In this document: positions 41,946-55,277 of the stretch, one piece after another
Numbering within the stretch: the first letter of the stretch is position 1
How the letters are laid out: every line of letters begins with the position of its first letter
From: the human T2T-CHM13v2.0 reference genome, Homo sapiens
Strand: one strand, 5' to 3'
DNA length: 64,000 nucleotides
Assembly: GCF_009914755.1 (NCBI RefSeq)
Contig: NC_060935.1
Translations under genes and position numbers: made by a program
The notes under the pieces: model-generated
The model's database searches: none
Seen by the model: the letters and a program-made list of their open reading frames with translations, nothing else
What the model was told of the DNA's origin: nothing

Positions 41946-42368
41946 TGTGATAACCCATTTTACATTGTTATAAAGGAATACCTGAGGCTGGGTAATTTAT
42001 AAAGAAAGGAAGTTTATTTGGCTCATGGTTCTGCAGGCTGTACAAGCGTAGCACCAACATCTACTCAGCTTCTGGTGAGGCCTCAGAAAGCTTACAATAA
42101 TGGCAGAAAGTAGAGAGGGAGCAGGCATGTTACACGGTGAGAGAGGGAGCAAGAGAGAGAGAGGAGGTCATACCAGACTCTTTTAAACAACCAGCTTTTA
42201 CATAAACTCATCGAATGAGAATTCTCTTATCACTATGGGGAGGGTCTTGAGCCATTCACTAGGGATCCACCCCCATGACCCAAAGACTTCCCAGTAGGCC
42301 CACTTCCAACATTGGAGGTCACATTTCAACATGAGAACTGACCAAGATAACACATCTAAACCATATCA
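41946..42368 (-). mobile_element. MaLR solo LTR, MSTA/B-like
   Basis: GGAATACCTGAGGCTGGGTAATTTATAAAG ... TGGTGAGGCCTCAG ... AAACCATATCA. Confidence 0.9.
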
Positions 42369-42860
42369 ACATTATTATGGGAATAGGTTTTTCATGCTGG
42401 GAAATCCACAGGATGGGATACTGTTTATCAGATAAAATGATAACAAGATCCAAATGTATCTACTTGGATAGGTCCCCAAATATAGAGTCAAGTGAAAAAA
42501 GGCAAGCTGTGTAATGATACTTTCCTGTGTCCCTTTTAAATAAGATGTACAAATAGTCAAAAATAGACAAAATAATTAAATCTCAATTATAAATATAAAA
42601 ATATATAGAAAAGACAGGGGGAATGCACACAGACTTCAAAACAGTTATGCCTCCGAAGAGGGAAGGAGGTAATTTTATGGGGCAGAGCTGTGAAGGGGAC
42701 TTCAACTGGATCTATGTTTCATTTATCTAAAAATATCTGGAGCCAATGTATTAGAAGGCTAGCCTTGTTAATTTTATTGGTAGGCAAAAGAACATATGAT
42801 ATATTTGTCTCTGTAACTGTCATTTTGTGTGCAATAGCTTTTAATGTTTAAAAAGGAAAT

Positions 42861-43000
42861 CGCCAGTCCAGGTGGTACTCACCTGTAGTCCTGGCTGCTC
42901 AAGAGACTGAGGTGGGAGAACAACTTGAACCCAGGAGTTCAAGTTCAGGCTGGGCAACACAGTAAGGCTTTATTTCTTTAAAAAGTTAAAAAAAAAAGGA
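42861..43000 (+). mobile_element. FLAM (Alu monomer)
   Basis: CACCTGTAGTCC ... CTTGAACCCAGGAGTTCAAG ... GGGCAACA, A-tail. Confidence 0.85.
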
Positions 43001-44909
43001 AAAATAAAAGCGTAGAATAGGTTCCAAGACAATAAATATGAATTAAGCTGTCCTTGTAGTAGAAGCTTTGCAGTTCAGTGGGCTACAGAAATAAGCACCT
43101 CATGGTTTCATTTGGGATGAATATAAATGATTTGAAGGAATATGGGGGTCTAGAGGCTTGTCTGGCAATTGTTTTGTTTAAGCGAATGCCTGGCTTAAGG
43201 TGTATTTCATTTATTTCTTAATACTGAGGCATGTTAGGACTGACTGGGGCATTTTGATGTGGGATGATTTTCCTTATTCTCTATCAATAGATCATATACT
43301 TACTATTATTAAGAGCCATTTGATCATCATTTTAGAGAAAACGGCACAAATTCCTAGACAGAGAATTAGACCTTGGAATTAAGACCTCTATCATGGTCAG
43401 CAGATTCATGACCTCCTTTGTTTAAGCAGAGTCCATCAGATCTCATGCATAATTCTATGACTTCTGAGTGGCCGAGAGAGTCAGCGGTTCACCTGGAAAA
43501 TTTCCATTTGTGCTTCAAACTCCATCTAGGACATGAGATCACTATGCATTCCCTTCTTTCACTTCCTCCAGGATATGTCTCTGAGCATCTCATTCTCTCT
43601 GCATCCACCATGCCTAGCTATTCGCATTTCATAGGAGACAATAGATAGCTGTTTTTTGTGGATATAAGTGCTCAACCAGTACAACATGGTATTGTCACCA
43701 TTAGCCTCATCTTGATGACATTGTCTCCATCTGAGATATAAGTAGTTACTTTGTATATTTTCGTGTCTTTAGGATTTAAAAGACTTTTTTAGATCTGAAA
43801 TTCCCAATTACGGAATTATCACAAAGCCTTAAAAAATATGTTCCACCAGCATCTAAGCCTGAGAAGAAACGGGCAAAATTACAGACTTTGTCTTAAACTT
43901 TCCTAAGAACTTTTGCAGTTCTAGCCAGCACTAAAGCAGTAATGAATAACCTTACCTCCAGCTACTCACTGTGATTCCAAGGGGGTCATTAACAGCCAAC
44001 ATATGCAAAAAAAAAAAAAAAAAAGGCCAGATTCTTCTTCTTTTTAAGATGGAATTGTACTTTGAAATAGTGGGTCTTCTGCAGGAGAAGAAAGGGAGTC
44101 ACAGAAACATTTGGAAAATTTTATAATCTTATCATCTTATTTTTGCATATAGCATTACTTGTGTACCTCATTTGTGGTCTTTAACTGTTGTTTCTCTCAA
44201 GATATGTATGTCCAGATTAACATGTGCACTTTCACAAGTATTCATAAGAGGATTCTTCATAAGATCCAAGTCATATATCTTGTTAGCACATAGCAGGGAA
44301 TCAATTAAAGGGCAGGTAGCATGCACTAATACATATACATGTGAATATTGTAGTGAGGAGGTTGAGCAGCATCAGGGATGACTCAGAGGATCTGAGTCTG
44401 ATACCCTTGACATAAGCAGAAGTTTGTGACAGAGGAAAAGGGCTTCACTTTAGAGAGAATTTGAAGGCATGCCGTGACATCTAAAGAGAAGGAGGAAGTG
44501 AAGGAGGTCTGCAAAGGTGTGAGAGTGAGGAGGAAGGTGATATGATGGTAATTAAGCTCATGGATTCAGGAGTCAGATATATAGTATATTTTTCTAATTT
44601 CTTTCATTTGTTTCTGTCCTCCATTAAGTAAGGAAAATAGAGAAATAATGAAGATCAAAAGAAATAATATGTAAATAATGTATCTGCATCACTTTCCTTA
44701 AGAAGTAAAGAATAAGTAGTATATATTATAAAATGTATCAAAATACCTGTGAAATACCTTCTATGTACAGGAAGCTTGGGATAAATCAGGAAATGAAACC
44801 CTCAGGGTTACTGTTCCTATGGCATTTAGAAGAGTCAAAGGGATGAGGACTGAATCTTGGTAAATCTTGGAAAAGAGGATTTTTTAAAAATATTTTTTCT
44901 ATATATTCT

Positions 44910-45371
44910 TTTAGTAGATGTTGTTGATGTTCTCCACATCCTCTTGGCCGTTACCTCCCTCAACTCTGAGGGTCATTTACTGTGAACTTATGCTGCTGTC
45001 TGTGCTTGAGAACTTTTTGTTTTTTTTTTGGCCAAGGGGAGCACCCTAGGCAAGCGTGTATGACAAGGCAGAAATGACAGAGAGTTGTACCACACTAGGC
45101 ACCCCTTTGCCCAGAAAAGATGGGGAGTAGGTACAGCCCAGCTTCTTTACTTCTCTTTTGGTATAATTTAAGGCACTTTCTACTTTGTCACCCAGATTTC
45201 CACAGTGAAATTGAGCTTTAGTTTCCCAAAGCCCTGTGGCTGGATGACTCATTCTTTATCAGCCTCATTCTCTGCATCCCTTCTCCCTTTCCCTACCATC
45301 ACCTCCCAAACAACTGCTTACACTTGAATCTGTGTCTAAGGGTCCACCTCTCAGGGATCCCAAACAAGACA
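44910..45371 (+). mobile_element. ERVL LTR16-family LTR
   Basis: 3' end CACCTCCCAAACAACTGCTTACACTTGAATC ... GGGATCCCAAACAAGACA. Confidence 0.7.
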
Positions 45372-45399
45372 ACCACATACAAGGTTAATGGGTTTAGTA

Positions 45400-45625
45400 T
45401 TCATTGAATACCCTCTATTTATGGTAGACGCCGGACTAGTCACTTTACTTGATCTCGATTATTGTTCACAAAAACCATGCAATGTAGTAGATATTACATC
45501 ATTTTGTAGGCAATAAAACTTAGAGTGAGATAATATAGAACTTTCTAAAGTTCTATTAGTAGTAAATGGTAAGTGGTTACTAGAACTCCGTTTAGACTGT
45601 AGTTCTTATATTCGTTCCACAACAT
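45400..45625 (-). mobile_element. MIR fragment
   Basis: ATTACATCATTTTGTAG ... AAAACTTAGAG ... TAGTAAATGGT. Confidence 0.5.
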
Positions 45626-45797
45626 TTAGTTGCTTAACTTCAACTCTGGAGGCAAATATTCCATGAAGATTCAATTAAATAAGTAAATAATTTTGCTGCA
45701 TATTAAACTGATGTAGTTTTTTGTCTAAGACTCTGTGGTTGTTGTAATTGGATTGCCTGAAATTAAGTAGTACATGCATTTTAAAATCATCTTTCTC

Positions 45798-46120
45798 AGC
45801 CAGGTGTGGTGGCTCACACCCATAATCACAGCACTTTCGGAAGCCAAGGCAGGAGAATTGCTTGAGCCCAGGAGTTTGAGACCACCCTGGGCAACATACT
45901 GAGATCTCATCTCTACAAAAAAATTAAAATAAAAAAGTTAGCCAGGCACAGTGGCACATGCTTGTAATCTCAACTACTCAGAAGGCTGAGACAGGAAGAT
46001 CACCTGAACCTAGAAGTTTGAGGCTGCAGTGAGCCATGATTGCACTACTGCACTCTAGCCTGGATGACAGAGCAAGATCCTGTCTCAAAAAAAAAAAAAA
46101 TTAAAAAATTTAAAAAAAAA
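45798..46120 (+). mobile_element. AluJ (Jo-like)
   Basis: Full dimer, TTGCTTGAGCCCAGGAGTTTGAG, GAGGCTGCAGTGAGCCATGATTG, poly-A. Confidence 0.95.
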
Positions 46121-46169
46121 TAGTCTTCCTGTAAGGCATAATTTTTGCAGCTAAATCAGCGGCAAGTGA

Positions 46170-46411
46170 TGGGTGTTTATATGTGTGCACAAGCATGTTA
46201 GTGTATGTGTGTATGAGCGTATGTATGTTGGTGCATATGTGTATGTTGGTGTTTGTGTGTGGGTGTGTGTTAGTATGTGTGTCTGTATGTTGGCATCTGT
46301 GTTTATATTGCTGTGTTTGTATGTGAGTGTGTGCTTGTATGTTGGAATGTGTATGTTGGGATTTGTGTGTGTGTTAGGGTGTGTGTATGTGTGTGTATGT
46401 GTGTGTGTATG
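46170..46411 (+). repeat. Degenerate (TG)/(TGTA)n low-complexity tract
   Basis: TG-rich with recurring GTATGTTGG. Confidence 0.9.
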
Positions 46412-46984
46412 CAGAAAGAGCAAGAAGTCATTTTTTTAATAGGAAGTTTTAGACATAGCTTCTTTTCTGGCCTAATTTTCTTGTTTGCTTGAAGGTCTTT
46501 ATAATTGTCACTTCAAGCATGTGTCCAGTTAGTTTAAATCTCACTTAAGCCCATTATGGTTTTCTACACATAGCTGTGAGATGATGTGATGTGACTTTCT
46601 TTCTCTGAAGTCTGCAATGTAGCCCACTAACTTGCTCTTTCTGATATGTCTCAGCTCAGGTTTGTAGCCTGCAGAGTCTGAGCCACCCTCCACATGAGGA
46701 GTGTAAGATAGGATGTCAGTGCTGCCTTCTAATGATTTCATCTGAATTGCAAAGCACCAGCTTATGGCCCCATTTATAACTCCAGTTTTAGAAACTACTT
46801 TTTATGACTAAGAAAGACTTTTAAAGGATGCAATAAAAGGGACACTACATTAACATAGAGCTGGAAAACATTGTTAGGCAACATGAGGATGTGATAATTA
46901 GTGTGAACTTGAAATTTCAATTGTAGTTGCCTCCTGCCACTCACTTATTCAAAACTCTAGATGGGCTTTGGGTTGTCCAATGGA

Positions 46985-47265
46985 CAGTGGCAACATGGGA
47001 TGGTGAGAGTGCAAGGTCTTTGGAGTGAAACAGTTGTGAATTCAAATATTGACTATCAATAACTCTGGCACTCTATGCCACATAATGGGGGCTTAAAAAT
47101 ATTTGTCAAATTCCTGTTTTCTAACTCAAGCTTTACAAGCCTCAGTTTCTGCATCTCTAGGTAGGGGATGATATCGACTTCACGGGAATGTTATGAGCAC
47201 TAAACAAACCCACATCTGGAAATATTAACCAATGCCTGGCATGGAGTAGAGAGTTCGATAATGAA
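46985..47265 (+). mobile_element. MIR SINE
   Basis: AGCCTCAGTTTCTGCATCT ... AATGCCTGGCATGGAGTAG. Confidence 0.7.
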
Positions 47266-47339
47266 CACAACTTGATCTGCTATTCCATTTGGATACCTAA
47301 TTAGGCGTTATTAATTTATCCGCCCATCTCTTAACCTCT

Positions 47340-48250
47340 GCATAGATTCATCAAGCACTCATTTTATGCTTATTGTCCCAAGCACAAGCTATACTCATTC
47401 ATATCTCCATACTTTAGCTTATAATGTGTTTCCATCGAAATGTCTTTTTTATATTCCTTTTTGGCCACCTAAATGTTGTTATTATTTTAGAACAAACTTA
47501 AATGTCACTTTTTTCATGATGTCTTCCCTTATAACTCTCATGTTCTCTTTCTTTTATCTGTTTCTGTTACTATGTGTATCACTTTTGTTAAGGATATTAT
47601 CACATTATATTCTATCTCATTTATCATTCTAGGTCTATTTCTTGTATTTAAATCTCCCTTCTTAAAAAATTATAGACTCTCTTGGGAAGTTGACCACATA
47701 CTAATATTTTTCTTTGGCTAGAATTATTTGCAAAGATAAGTAATATTTGCTCAAATAGTACTGTATTATTTAATTCATACTTAAGTAATCTTCTAACTAG
47801 TTATTTGCTTATCTCTCTTCGAACCAACACCTTTCCCCAGGACATAGTTGCAAGGCTCATTCAGAGCACTCCTTTCAATGTTATTCTTCCTACTCATAAA
47901 CTTCTGGTGGTTCACAATAACATTCAGAACAAAAATCAAACTTTGAGACCAGACATTTAAAATATCCTATTAATACAACCTAGACTTTACCTATTGTTCT
48001 CTAATATTTCCTAACTACTACTTTCCTAGACAATGATCATTTTCTTACTTATACACCTTTGTCCGAATGCCAACTACCTATGGACAATATCTTCTCTCCA
48101 TTTCCAAATTATCTGGTTCCTGTATTTCTTTTCATGAACACTTGCCATACTGCTCCTGTCCATATGATCTTTCCCCTTTAATGCCTGGAAGATCTTTAAT
48201 GTCTTTATAGCTCAGTTGATGCTTAGAAAATTATCACTGCTATCATTGTT
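47340..48250 (+). mobile_element. L2 fragments
   Basis: AAATGTCACTTTTTTCATGATGTCTTCCCT; CTCATAAACTTCTGGTGGTT. Confidence 0.45.
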
Positions 48251-48418
48251 ATCATTATTAAGATAAAATTTTTTGAGCACTAATGTTTGCCAGAAAGTAA
48301 TAAACCCTGGATTATTTTATTTATTTTTTATTTCCCGTTCTGAACCTGCCTTGTATTTAAACTTGACCATAGGGTTCTTAACATCAGGATCATATTTTAC
48401 ACTCTTAGAATTGCCAAG

Positions 48419-51294
48419 TTTCTTAGCCTATTTGTGCAACCACCACAAAATGCCATGAACTGAGTAGTTTATAAGCTACAGAAATTTATTTCTGATAGTT
48501 TTGGAATCTGGGAAGTTCAACATCCAAGGACCAGCAGATTCAATACCTAGTGAAGGCCCATTTTCTGGTTAATAGATGGTGACTTCTCACTTGGTAGAAG
48601 GAGGCAAGGCAGCTCTCTCAGGCTTCTTTTGAAAGACACTAATCCCATTCATGAGGGCTCTGCCCCCATGAACTAATCGCCTACCAAACAACCCATCTCT
48701 TAGACCATCACATTGGTGATTAGGTTTTAGCATATGGATTTTGATGGGGGACACAACCATTCAGACTCCCTCCAAATTTATGTCCTCTCATGCAAAACAT
48801 ATTAATACCATCCTTATATCCTTAAAAATCTTAGCTCCTTCCAGCATTAACTTTAATGTCAAGTCCAGTGTCTCATCTTAATAGCCTCTAAATTAAATAT
48901 AGGTGAAACTCAACATAACAATTCATCATGAAGCAAATTGCACTGTAACTGAGAACTTATGAAATAAAACATGCTATGTGCTTCAAAAATACAATGGTAG
49001 TGATACAGAACAGCTGGGCTCCTGGCTAAACCCCACCCTGAAGCCTGGAACTGCCCTAAGTGAAAATAGCTGTCCCCGTTTTTCTGCCCAGATGTTGACT
49101 TTTTGGCCTGCCATGCCCCTATCCTGTGCCCATAAAAAATACTTGAGCTGCCAGAGCAATACAAGTGGCTGAGCAGTGAGCAGAGAAGAAACTGAGTGTT
49201 AGAGACTACGGATAGACATGGCTAACTTCAGATCCCCTTTCCAACTCCCCATAGAGCCACTTCCATTGGCCAGTAAAGTCCTCTGCATACACTATCCTTC
49301 AAACTGTTTGTGTGACCTGATTCTTCCTGGACGTTGGACAAGAACCCAGGAGTTGAAAGGGCAAAGGCTTGGACATTGCTGTGGAGCCTGGACAGAGCCT
49401 GCTTCTGCCAGAGAGGAGCGACAAGCCATTTCCTGCGTTCGTTCCCTCCAGTTCCCGCACTCACTTGCTCACACATTCCCTCTCGCAAGAAGTGGCCAGT
49501 GGCAGGCTGAGTGAAACGAGCCACTCCACTTCCCACCCACGAAGGAGGTCAAGGTCAAGGGAACAATCCTGCCTCAGTAGGTCAGGCATAGGCTAGATAT
49601 TTTCATTCCAAAAGGGATAAACAGAAAAGAAGAAAGGGGTAACAATCCTATACAAGTTCAAAATCTTAAGAAGAGAATAATATTCTTTGTCACGAGGTTC
49701 TGCCATCCAGGCCTAAAGTAGCCCCACCAACACCACAACTCTATGCCTAGGTAATGTACCCATGGCTATCCTGGGCTGGAATTGTCCTCTTGTGGGCCTA
49801 CTGGTCTGAGATCCTTAAGGCAAACCCATCCTCAGAGCTCTGCTGGACATTGCCCAAGTAGGGACTCCCTGCAGCAGGTCCACTTCCTTGGTGGTTCTCT
49901 GCTGGGGCCCTGTGGGTCTCTAGGGCATCCTTTGAAATCTGTTTGGAGGCAGCCATGCCCTACAGCTCATGTACTCTTGTGTACCAGCAGAGATGGCACT
50001 GTGTGGACACCACCAAGGTTTACAACCTGTACTCTCTACAGAGGCAGCCACAGTGAATTGTGCTGTACCTGTGGCAGCTGAGGAGCCCAGCATTGTAATG
50101 TGATGAGCATATTCTTGCTATGGTGTCACACAGAGAGCACTGAGGTTCTGCAGGGGCCCATAACTCCTCCTTCAAAATCATTCTGTGATAGGCCAGAAGC
50201 CCTGATAATCTCCAAAATTCCTTCATCCTCATTGTTCCATTGTCTTGATGAAAAGCTTCTCTTGATATGGTAGATTCATACTCATCAATGAGTGTCATTT
50301 GGTCACACGCTTCTCTCTTAAACGTGCTTTTCTGTTCCTTTTAATATGAATAGGATAAGTATTTTCTTAATTTTCAAATTCTGTTTCCTTTTGATTAACA
50401 ATGCTGTCATTGTTATTTCTCTTCTTGTGTTTTACATAACTACTCAAGAGAAACCAAGCTATACCCTTCAATGCTGTGCTTAAAAATTTCCTTGACCAAA
50501 TATCCAATTTCATTGATCCCAAGTTCTACCTTCCATAAAACACTAGGACACATATAAATTTCAGCTGAGTTCTTTATTACTTTATAACAACAATTGCCTT
50601 TCCTCCATTTTCCAATAATGTATCCCTCATTTCCATCTGAGACCTCATCAGCATGGCCTTTAATGTCTATATTGCTACCGACATTTTGATTATGACTACT
50701 TAGGTATTCTCTAAAAAGACTGAGGCTTTCTCCATAGCTCTTCTAATATTCTGAGCCATCACCAAAATTGTCCTTTATCGTTTGTTCACAGCAATGTATG
50801 CTTTTTCTAGTGTGAACCTTAAAATTCTTCCAGCCTTTACCCATAACCCAATTCCAAAGCCACTTCTACATTTTAGGTATCTGTTACAGAAGTGCTCCAC
50901 TTCTGGATAAGACTTTTCTCTCAGTTCATTTCGACTTCTATAACAAAAACATAGGTACCTTATAACAAAAACTGGGTACCTTATAAGTAACAGAAGTTTA
51001 TTTATTATTATTCTGGAGGCAAGGAATTCCAAGAGCAAGTTGCTGCTAGAATCAGTGTCTGGAGAGAACCAGTTTCTTTGTTCATAAAAGGCCATCTTCC
51101 TGCTCTAACTTCACTTGATGAAAGTGGCAAAGGAGCTTCTGGGGCCTCTTTCACAAGGACACTAATTCCATTCATGAGGGCTCTGGCTTCATGACTTAAT
51201 CATCTCCCATCCCACTTTCTAACACCATCAGATGGGTGATTAGGTGTGAATACCTGAATTTTAGAAAGACATAAACATTCAGATTTTTATAGCA
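48419..51294 (-). mobile_element. Full-length MLT1A-like MaLR element (LTRs ~48419-48767 and ~50917-51294, internal region between)
   Basis: Both LTRs share CACTAAT(C/T)CCATTCATGAGGGCTCTG; perfect 5-bp TSD CCAAG (48414-18 / 51295-99). Confidence 0.88.
49001..49576 (+). mobile_element. ERV1 solo LTR (LTR27-like) nested in MLT1A internal region
   Basis: TGATACAGAAC ... CCTGCCTCA; 4-bp TSD GTAG. Confidence 0.85.
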
Positions 51295-51509
51295 CCAAGT
51301 GTCGAACATGTCTTAGGTGTTTTCAAACGAATATCAATATTTTTATTAATGATTACATAATTATTTGGTGGATGTTTGTTCATTGAAAACATTTAAATTT
51401 CTACCACCAAATCAATAACCTTATTCATGTGTAGTGAGTTTATAAAATGCCTTAATCAAAATCAAATTATAGTAATTGAAATTCTTGTCACAAAATCAAT
51501 TCCTTTATA

Positions 51510-52050
51510 TAAACACGTATTCAGCAAACACAGTAAGCTGGCATCCACTATGTGTCATACTTGCATGTTAGGGATACAACAATGAATAAAACCCATCAAG
51601 AATATGTGGATAAATAGTTATAGTACCAGTTTTTGATGATGATCAAGTGGTACAGGTTTAAAAAATTGAAGAAAACATTACTTAGTGCATTTGAAGGGAA
51701 ATAAGAGGGCTAGGTTTGGAAAACTTTCTGTAATTGATGATGTGTGAGCAGAAACATGGCATCCAAAGTTGTTTAGGACAAGATTATATTCACATTAAAA
51801 TGTATAAAGGCAGGAAATCTTGAAAGGGCAAGCAACACTTGGTGAAGAACAACAGAGCAAAAACCCTTTGTGACTGGATCACAGGTAATAGAAAAAAGAG
51901 AAATATAAGTTTGAGGAACTCATTTGGAATTATTTTGTGAAGGGTCTCTTAGGGAAACAGTGGCTTTTTATATTGAAGGAGTAACATCTTTAGATTTTTT
52001 ACTTTAGAAAGATAATAACTTATACTTTTCATTGTGAAGGAGAATGAATC
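51510..52050 (-). mobile_element. L2 fragment
   Basis: TATTCAGCAAACA ... GGGATACAACAATGAATAAAA ... TTTAGAAAGATAA. Confidence 0.6.
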
Positions 52051-52579
52051 AACTGTAATATTTCATTTGGGCAGAAGCCTGATTCAGCTAATATCCTGAA
52101 GTTTTACTTATTCATAAATATGATTTTAGAAGGGAAATACAACCTTTAGAAGCGTAACCAATATTTCATGTGTGTCTATTGGGTGAAAATTTGGTACTGT
52201 TAGCTGTGTTTCTCTTTTGAAGGGTTATGTTACTTCATATGGATATAAATTGTGTAACACCAACAACACGCTTTTATGATTCAGATTTTGGCTTTAATTG
52301 TCTTCTGTTTCATCAGATAGAAGATCTAGGACTTAATTGCCAGCTCAGGATTAGTGGGCCACTTATCTTAGTATGTGGGTAAACTCATGTTAGCAAAAAT
52401 CATATAGTTAATCCCTAAAAGAAGGTTCTTTATTTTGTTTTGTTTTGTCTATTTTTGTTTCTTAAACAAAGAATAAATCACTGTTTACCTAAATCTCTCC
52501 TAATTTTTTAATCTATTTGAATATATTTTCTGGTAAAGTTAAACATAGAGCACCCACTATGCAGGGGTCTATAGACCAA

Positions 52580-53390
52580 GCCATGTTTTTCAATCTGTGT
52601 GTGGTTTCCTGTTTTGAGCCTGATAATTATTTGTGTGTGTGTGTGCGTGTGGTTGGAAGAGGGGGGACTGTGTTTTGCATTGTAGAATATTGTAGGGGGA
52701 AAAATATAATTTTTTTCAATTCTGATAGGTTCTTAGTTGGAATGGACCCCTGTGACTAAAGACAGATTAACAACAACAACAACAGCAAAACAGAAGCTTA
52801 TTAACATGTGTATTTCATATGTACATGGGAGATACCCAGGGAATGAGTCATTCTCAAAGAGATGACTTTGAACACCAGCTGTATAACATCTTCAACAAAG
52901 TACAGTAAATTTTTGGAGAAGTGACAACAAAAAGTAAAAGTATTTTCGGTATCTCAGGGCAGCAACTTGTGGGAAGGCAAATAACGACAGATAAGGACTA
53001 TGTAGTGAGGCTTGTTAATATAGATTCCTCTGGTATCATATTCAGATGATAAGGGTCCAAAGTTTACTTCAGTGGTTAACCTTGCTCTTCCTGGCAGAAA
53101 GAGTTGGGGGGAGAATACCTTTTGTCTTTGTAAATGTATATGTCCTTGTCAGACAAATAGAGCAAGGGAGGAGAAAGATGTCCTTCATCTGTTTCTCAAT
53201 TGCCTTTACCTCAACCATTCTTCATATTCTGGCGTGGCATATTCCAGTCTCCTACAATGTTTAATAAGTAGCATTGCTGGCCTCTACCCAGATCCCTGTA
53301 GCACCTGCCCAGTTGGGGTACACAAATAAGCCTCCAGATATTGTCAGTTGTCCTTGCAAGTAAAAAATTGCCCCTGGTTAAGAACCACTG
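52580..53390 (-). mobile_element. MER20 (hAT-Charlie) split by an LTR
   Basis: GCATTGTAGAAT | ATGTTT..AGCATTGCTGGCCTCTACCCA ... GGTTAAGAACCACTG. Confidence 0.8.
52691..53256 (-). mobile_element. ERV1 solo LTR (MER34-family)
   Basis: TGTAGGGGGAAA ... GTGGCATATTCCAGTCTCCTACA; TSD ATAT/ATGT. Confidence 0.8.
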
Positions 53391-53495
53391 ACCATATGAA
53401 AAATGTTTCCTTGTTTGGAATAATGTATTCCATGTTTCCTTGAATATTTAGGATCAAAACACAGCAATAATTTTGTATAAAAAATCAGCTAATCT

Positions 53496-53830
53496 GGCCA
53501 GACATGGTGGCTCATGCCTGTAATCCCAGCACTTCAGGAGGTTGAGGCAGGAGGATTGCTTAACCCAGGAGTTCAAGACCAGCCTGAGAATAGTGAGACC
53601 CTACCTCTTCAAAGGAAATAAATTAAAAAAAAATTAACCAGGCACAGTGATACACACCTGTAGTCCTAGCTACTTGGGAGGCTGAGATAGGAGAATTGCT
53701 TGAGCCTAAAAAATTGAGGCTGCAGTGAGTAGAAAAATTGAGGCTGCAGTGAGCAGTGATTATATCACTGCACTCTAGTTGTTGACAGGGCAAGACTCTG
53801 TCTCAGAAAAAAAAAAAAAAGGAAAAGAAA
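53496..53830 (+). mobile_element. AluJ with internal tandem duplication
   Basis: Dimer; flanking repeat AAAATCAGCTAA; AAAAATTGAGGCTGCAGTGAG occurs twice. Confidence 0.95.
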
Positions 53831-53844
53831 ATCAGCTAAGCAGA

Positions 53845-54493
53845 AGCCTGCAGGGTGGCCATTCTGACAGGCTGGAAGCATAGTCTGTGGAAGGGCGCCA
53901 GAAAAAGATACTTTGAGGACGGGAAGAAGAAGAAGGAATTTATGTTGAATGAGATAGCCATATATACATATTCAGTAAGCTATTGGAGAAGACATGAACA
54001 TTTATGAAAAGAAAACATGCACATGTGCAATTGAGTTTCAGGCCCCTCCATGGGTCCCATGTAAAAATAATAGCAGTGTTAGCATGATCTGAGGGTGGAG
54101 GTTTTGGTCCTCTGATGTCAAAAGGTGAAGCAGAGGAAAAGAAAACCCTCACTCTGCATCCTCAGTAGACTAGCCAGAACCACTCAGTGGTAGGCGGTCT
54201 CTATCAGGAAAGAATGCTGAATGGTTGTTTTGTCAAAACACAAAAGGGTGGAGCAGTGTCAGGTGGTTGGTTGGTATCGGTGGTGGAGTCTTTTGGAAAG
54301 GCTGGTTTCTGCTTAGCCCTTAGGGAAGAAAGCCTAATGATGGTTAGCAAGGGAGGGGTTACAAAAAGGCTTGTCAACCCGTTGTCCTGTCATGGCTGGG
54401 AACTCAACTTCCAAGGTTTCTCTGGGGTCCCTGTGACCAAGATATGGTCCATTCACTTGTTTGGGGGACTTAGAATTTCATTTTTATTTCACA
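53845..54493 (-). mobile_element. ERV1 MER4-group LTR (subfamily uncertain)
   Basis: Reverse start TGTGAAATAAAAATGAAATTCTAAGTCCCCCAA...GAATGGACC...CCCCAGAGAAACCT, homologous to the start of the LTR at 59091. Confidence 0.75.
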
Positions 54494-54909
54494 GGTTTAA
54501 GTTCTGAATTCCTAAAAGTGAAGAACTTTATCAATTTAGTTTGCTTTTGTGTTGCATCTTGCAGGGAGACCTAAATTTTAACTGTCAGCTAGGATTCCTG
54601 CATCATTCTACAAGATTGGAGATGGCTTCAGCTTCATATATCAACTATTGGATTAAAAAGATAGTAAAACTCGGTCAGTATAAGGACAAATGAGCTATTC
54701 ATTAAAGGTTGGAAGATCTTCATCTATGGCCTAGAGGAAAGAAAAATGAAATGGAAAATAAAAGCTTTGATGTTCTTTAAGTTTCAAGTTTACAGTGACC
54801 TAGGAATAAATCTAAATTGGCAAAATCACCAACCTTGAAGATACAAAGATGAAATTTAAAGTATTGAAATTGTACTGAGAAGACCAACCTTGGGCAACTT
54901 AAAGAATAG

Positions 54910-54910
<1 letters not shown>

Positions 54911-54940
<30 letters not shown>
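54911..54940 (+). repeat. (CA)15 microsatellite
   Basis: Pure CA run. Confidence 0.98.
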
Positions 54941-54942
<2 letters not shown>

Positions 54943-55277
54943 CATACGTATTTGTAAATTTGTCCAAGACAAATATATAAGGACTAAAAATCTTATTGTA
55001 ATAATAATTTTTTAAAATCTTAGGCTTTTGCTTATTTTCTGAAAGTGACTTTAAGAGAAAAATTCTCCAAACTTAATGTGGCCACATGCTATATAATTAT
55101 CTCTAAATCACAAACACGGACTAGCAGATCTCTCTTTTAAATGCAAATGAAAGTCCAAGCAAAAGGCTCTATAAAAAATAAAAATCTTCCCTCCAGCAGT
55201 AGACCATGTTTATGGTCACTCCTTCTGGAAGAGAAAGTAAAGACAGGTGTGATTCTATAAATCTGCAGAAGTAAAGT

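Noticed and set aside
46151-46492. ORFs rich in HT/CV repeats
   Set aside because: Translations of the TG low-complexity tract.
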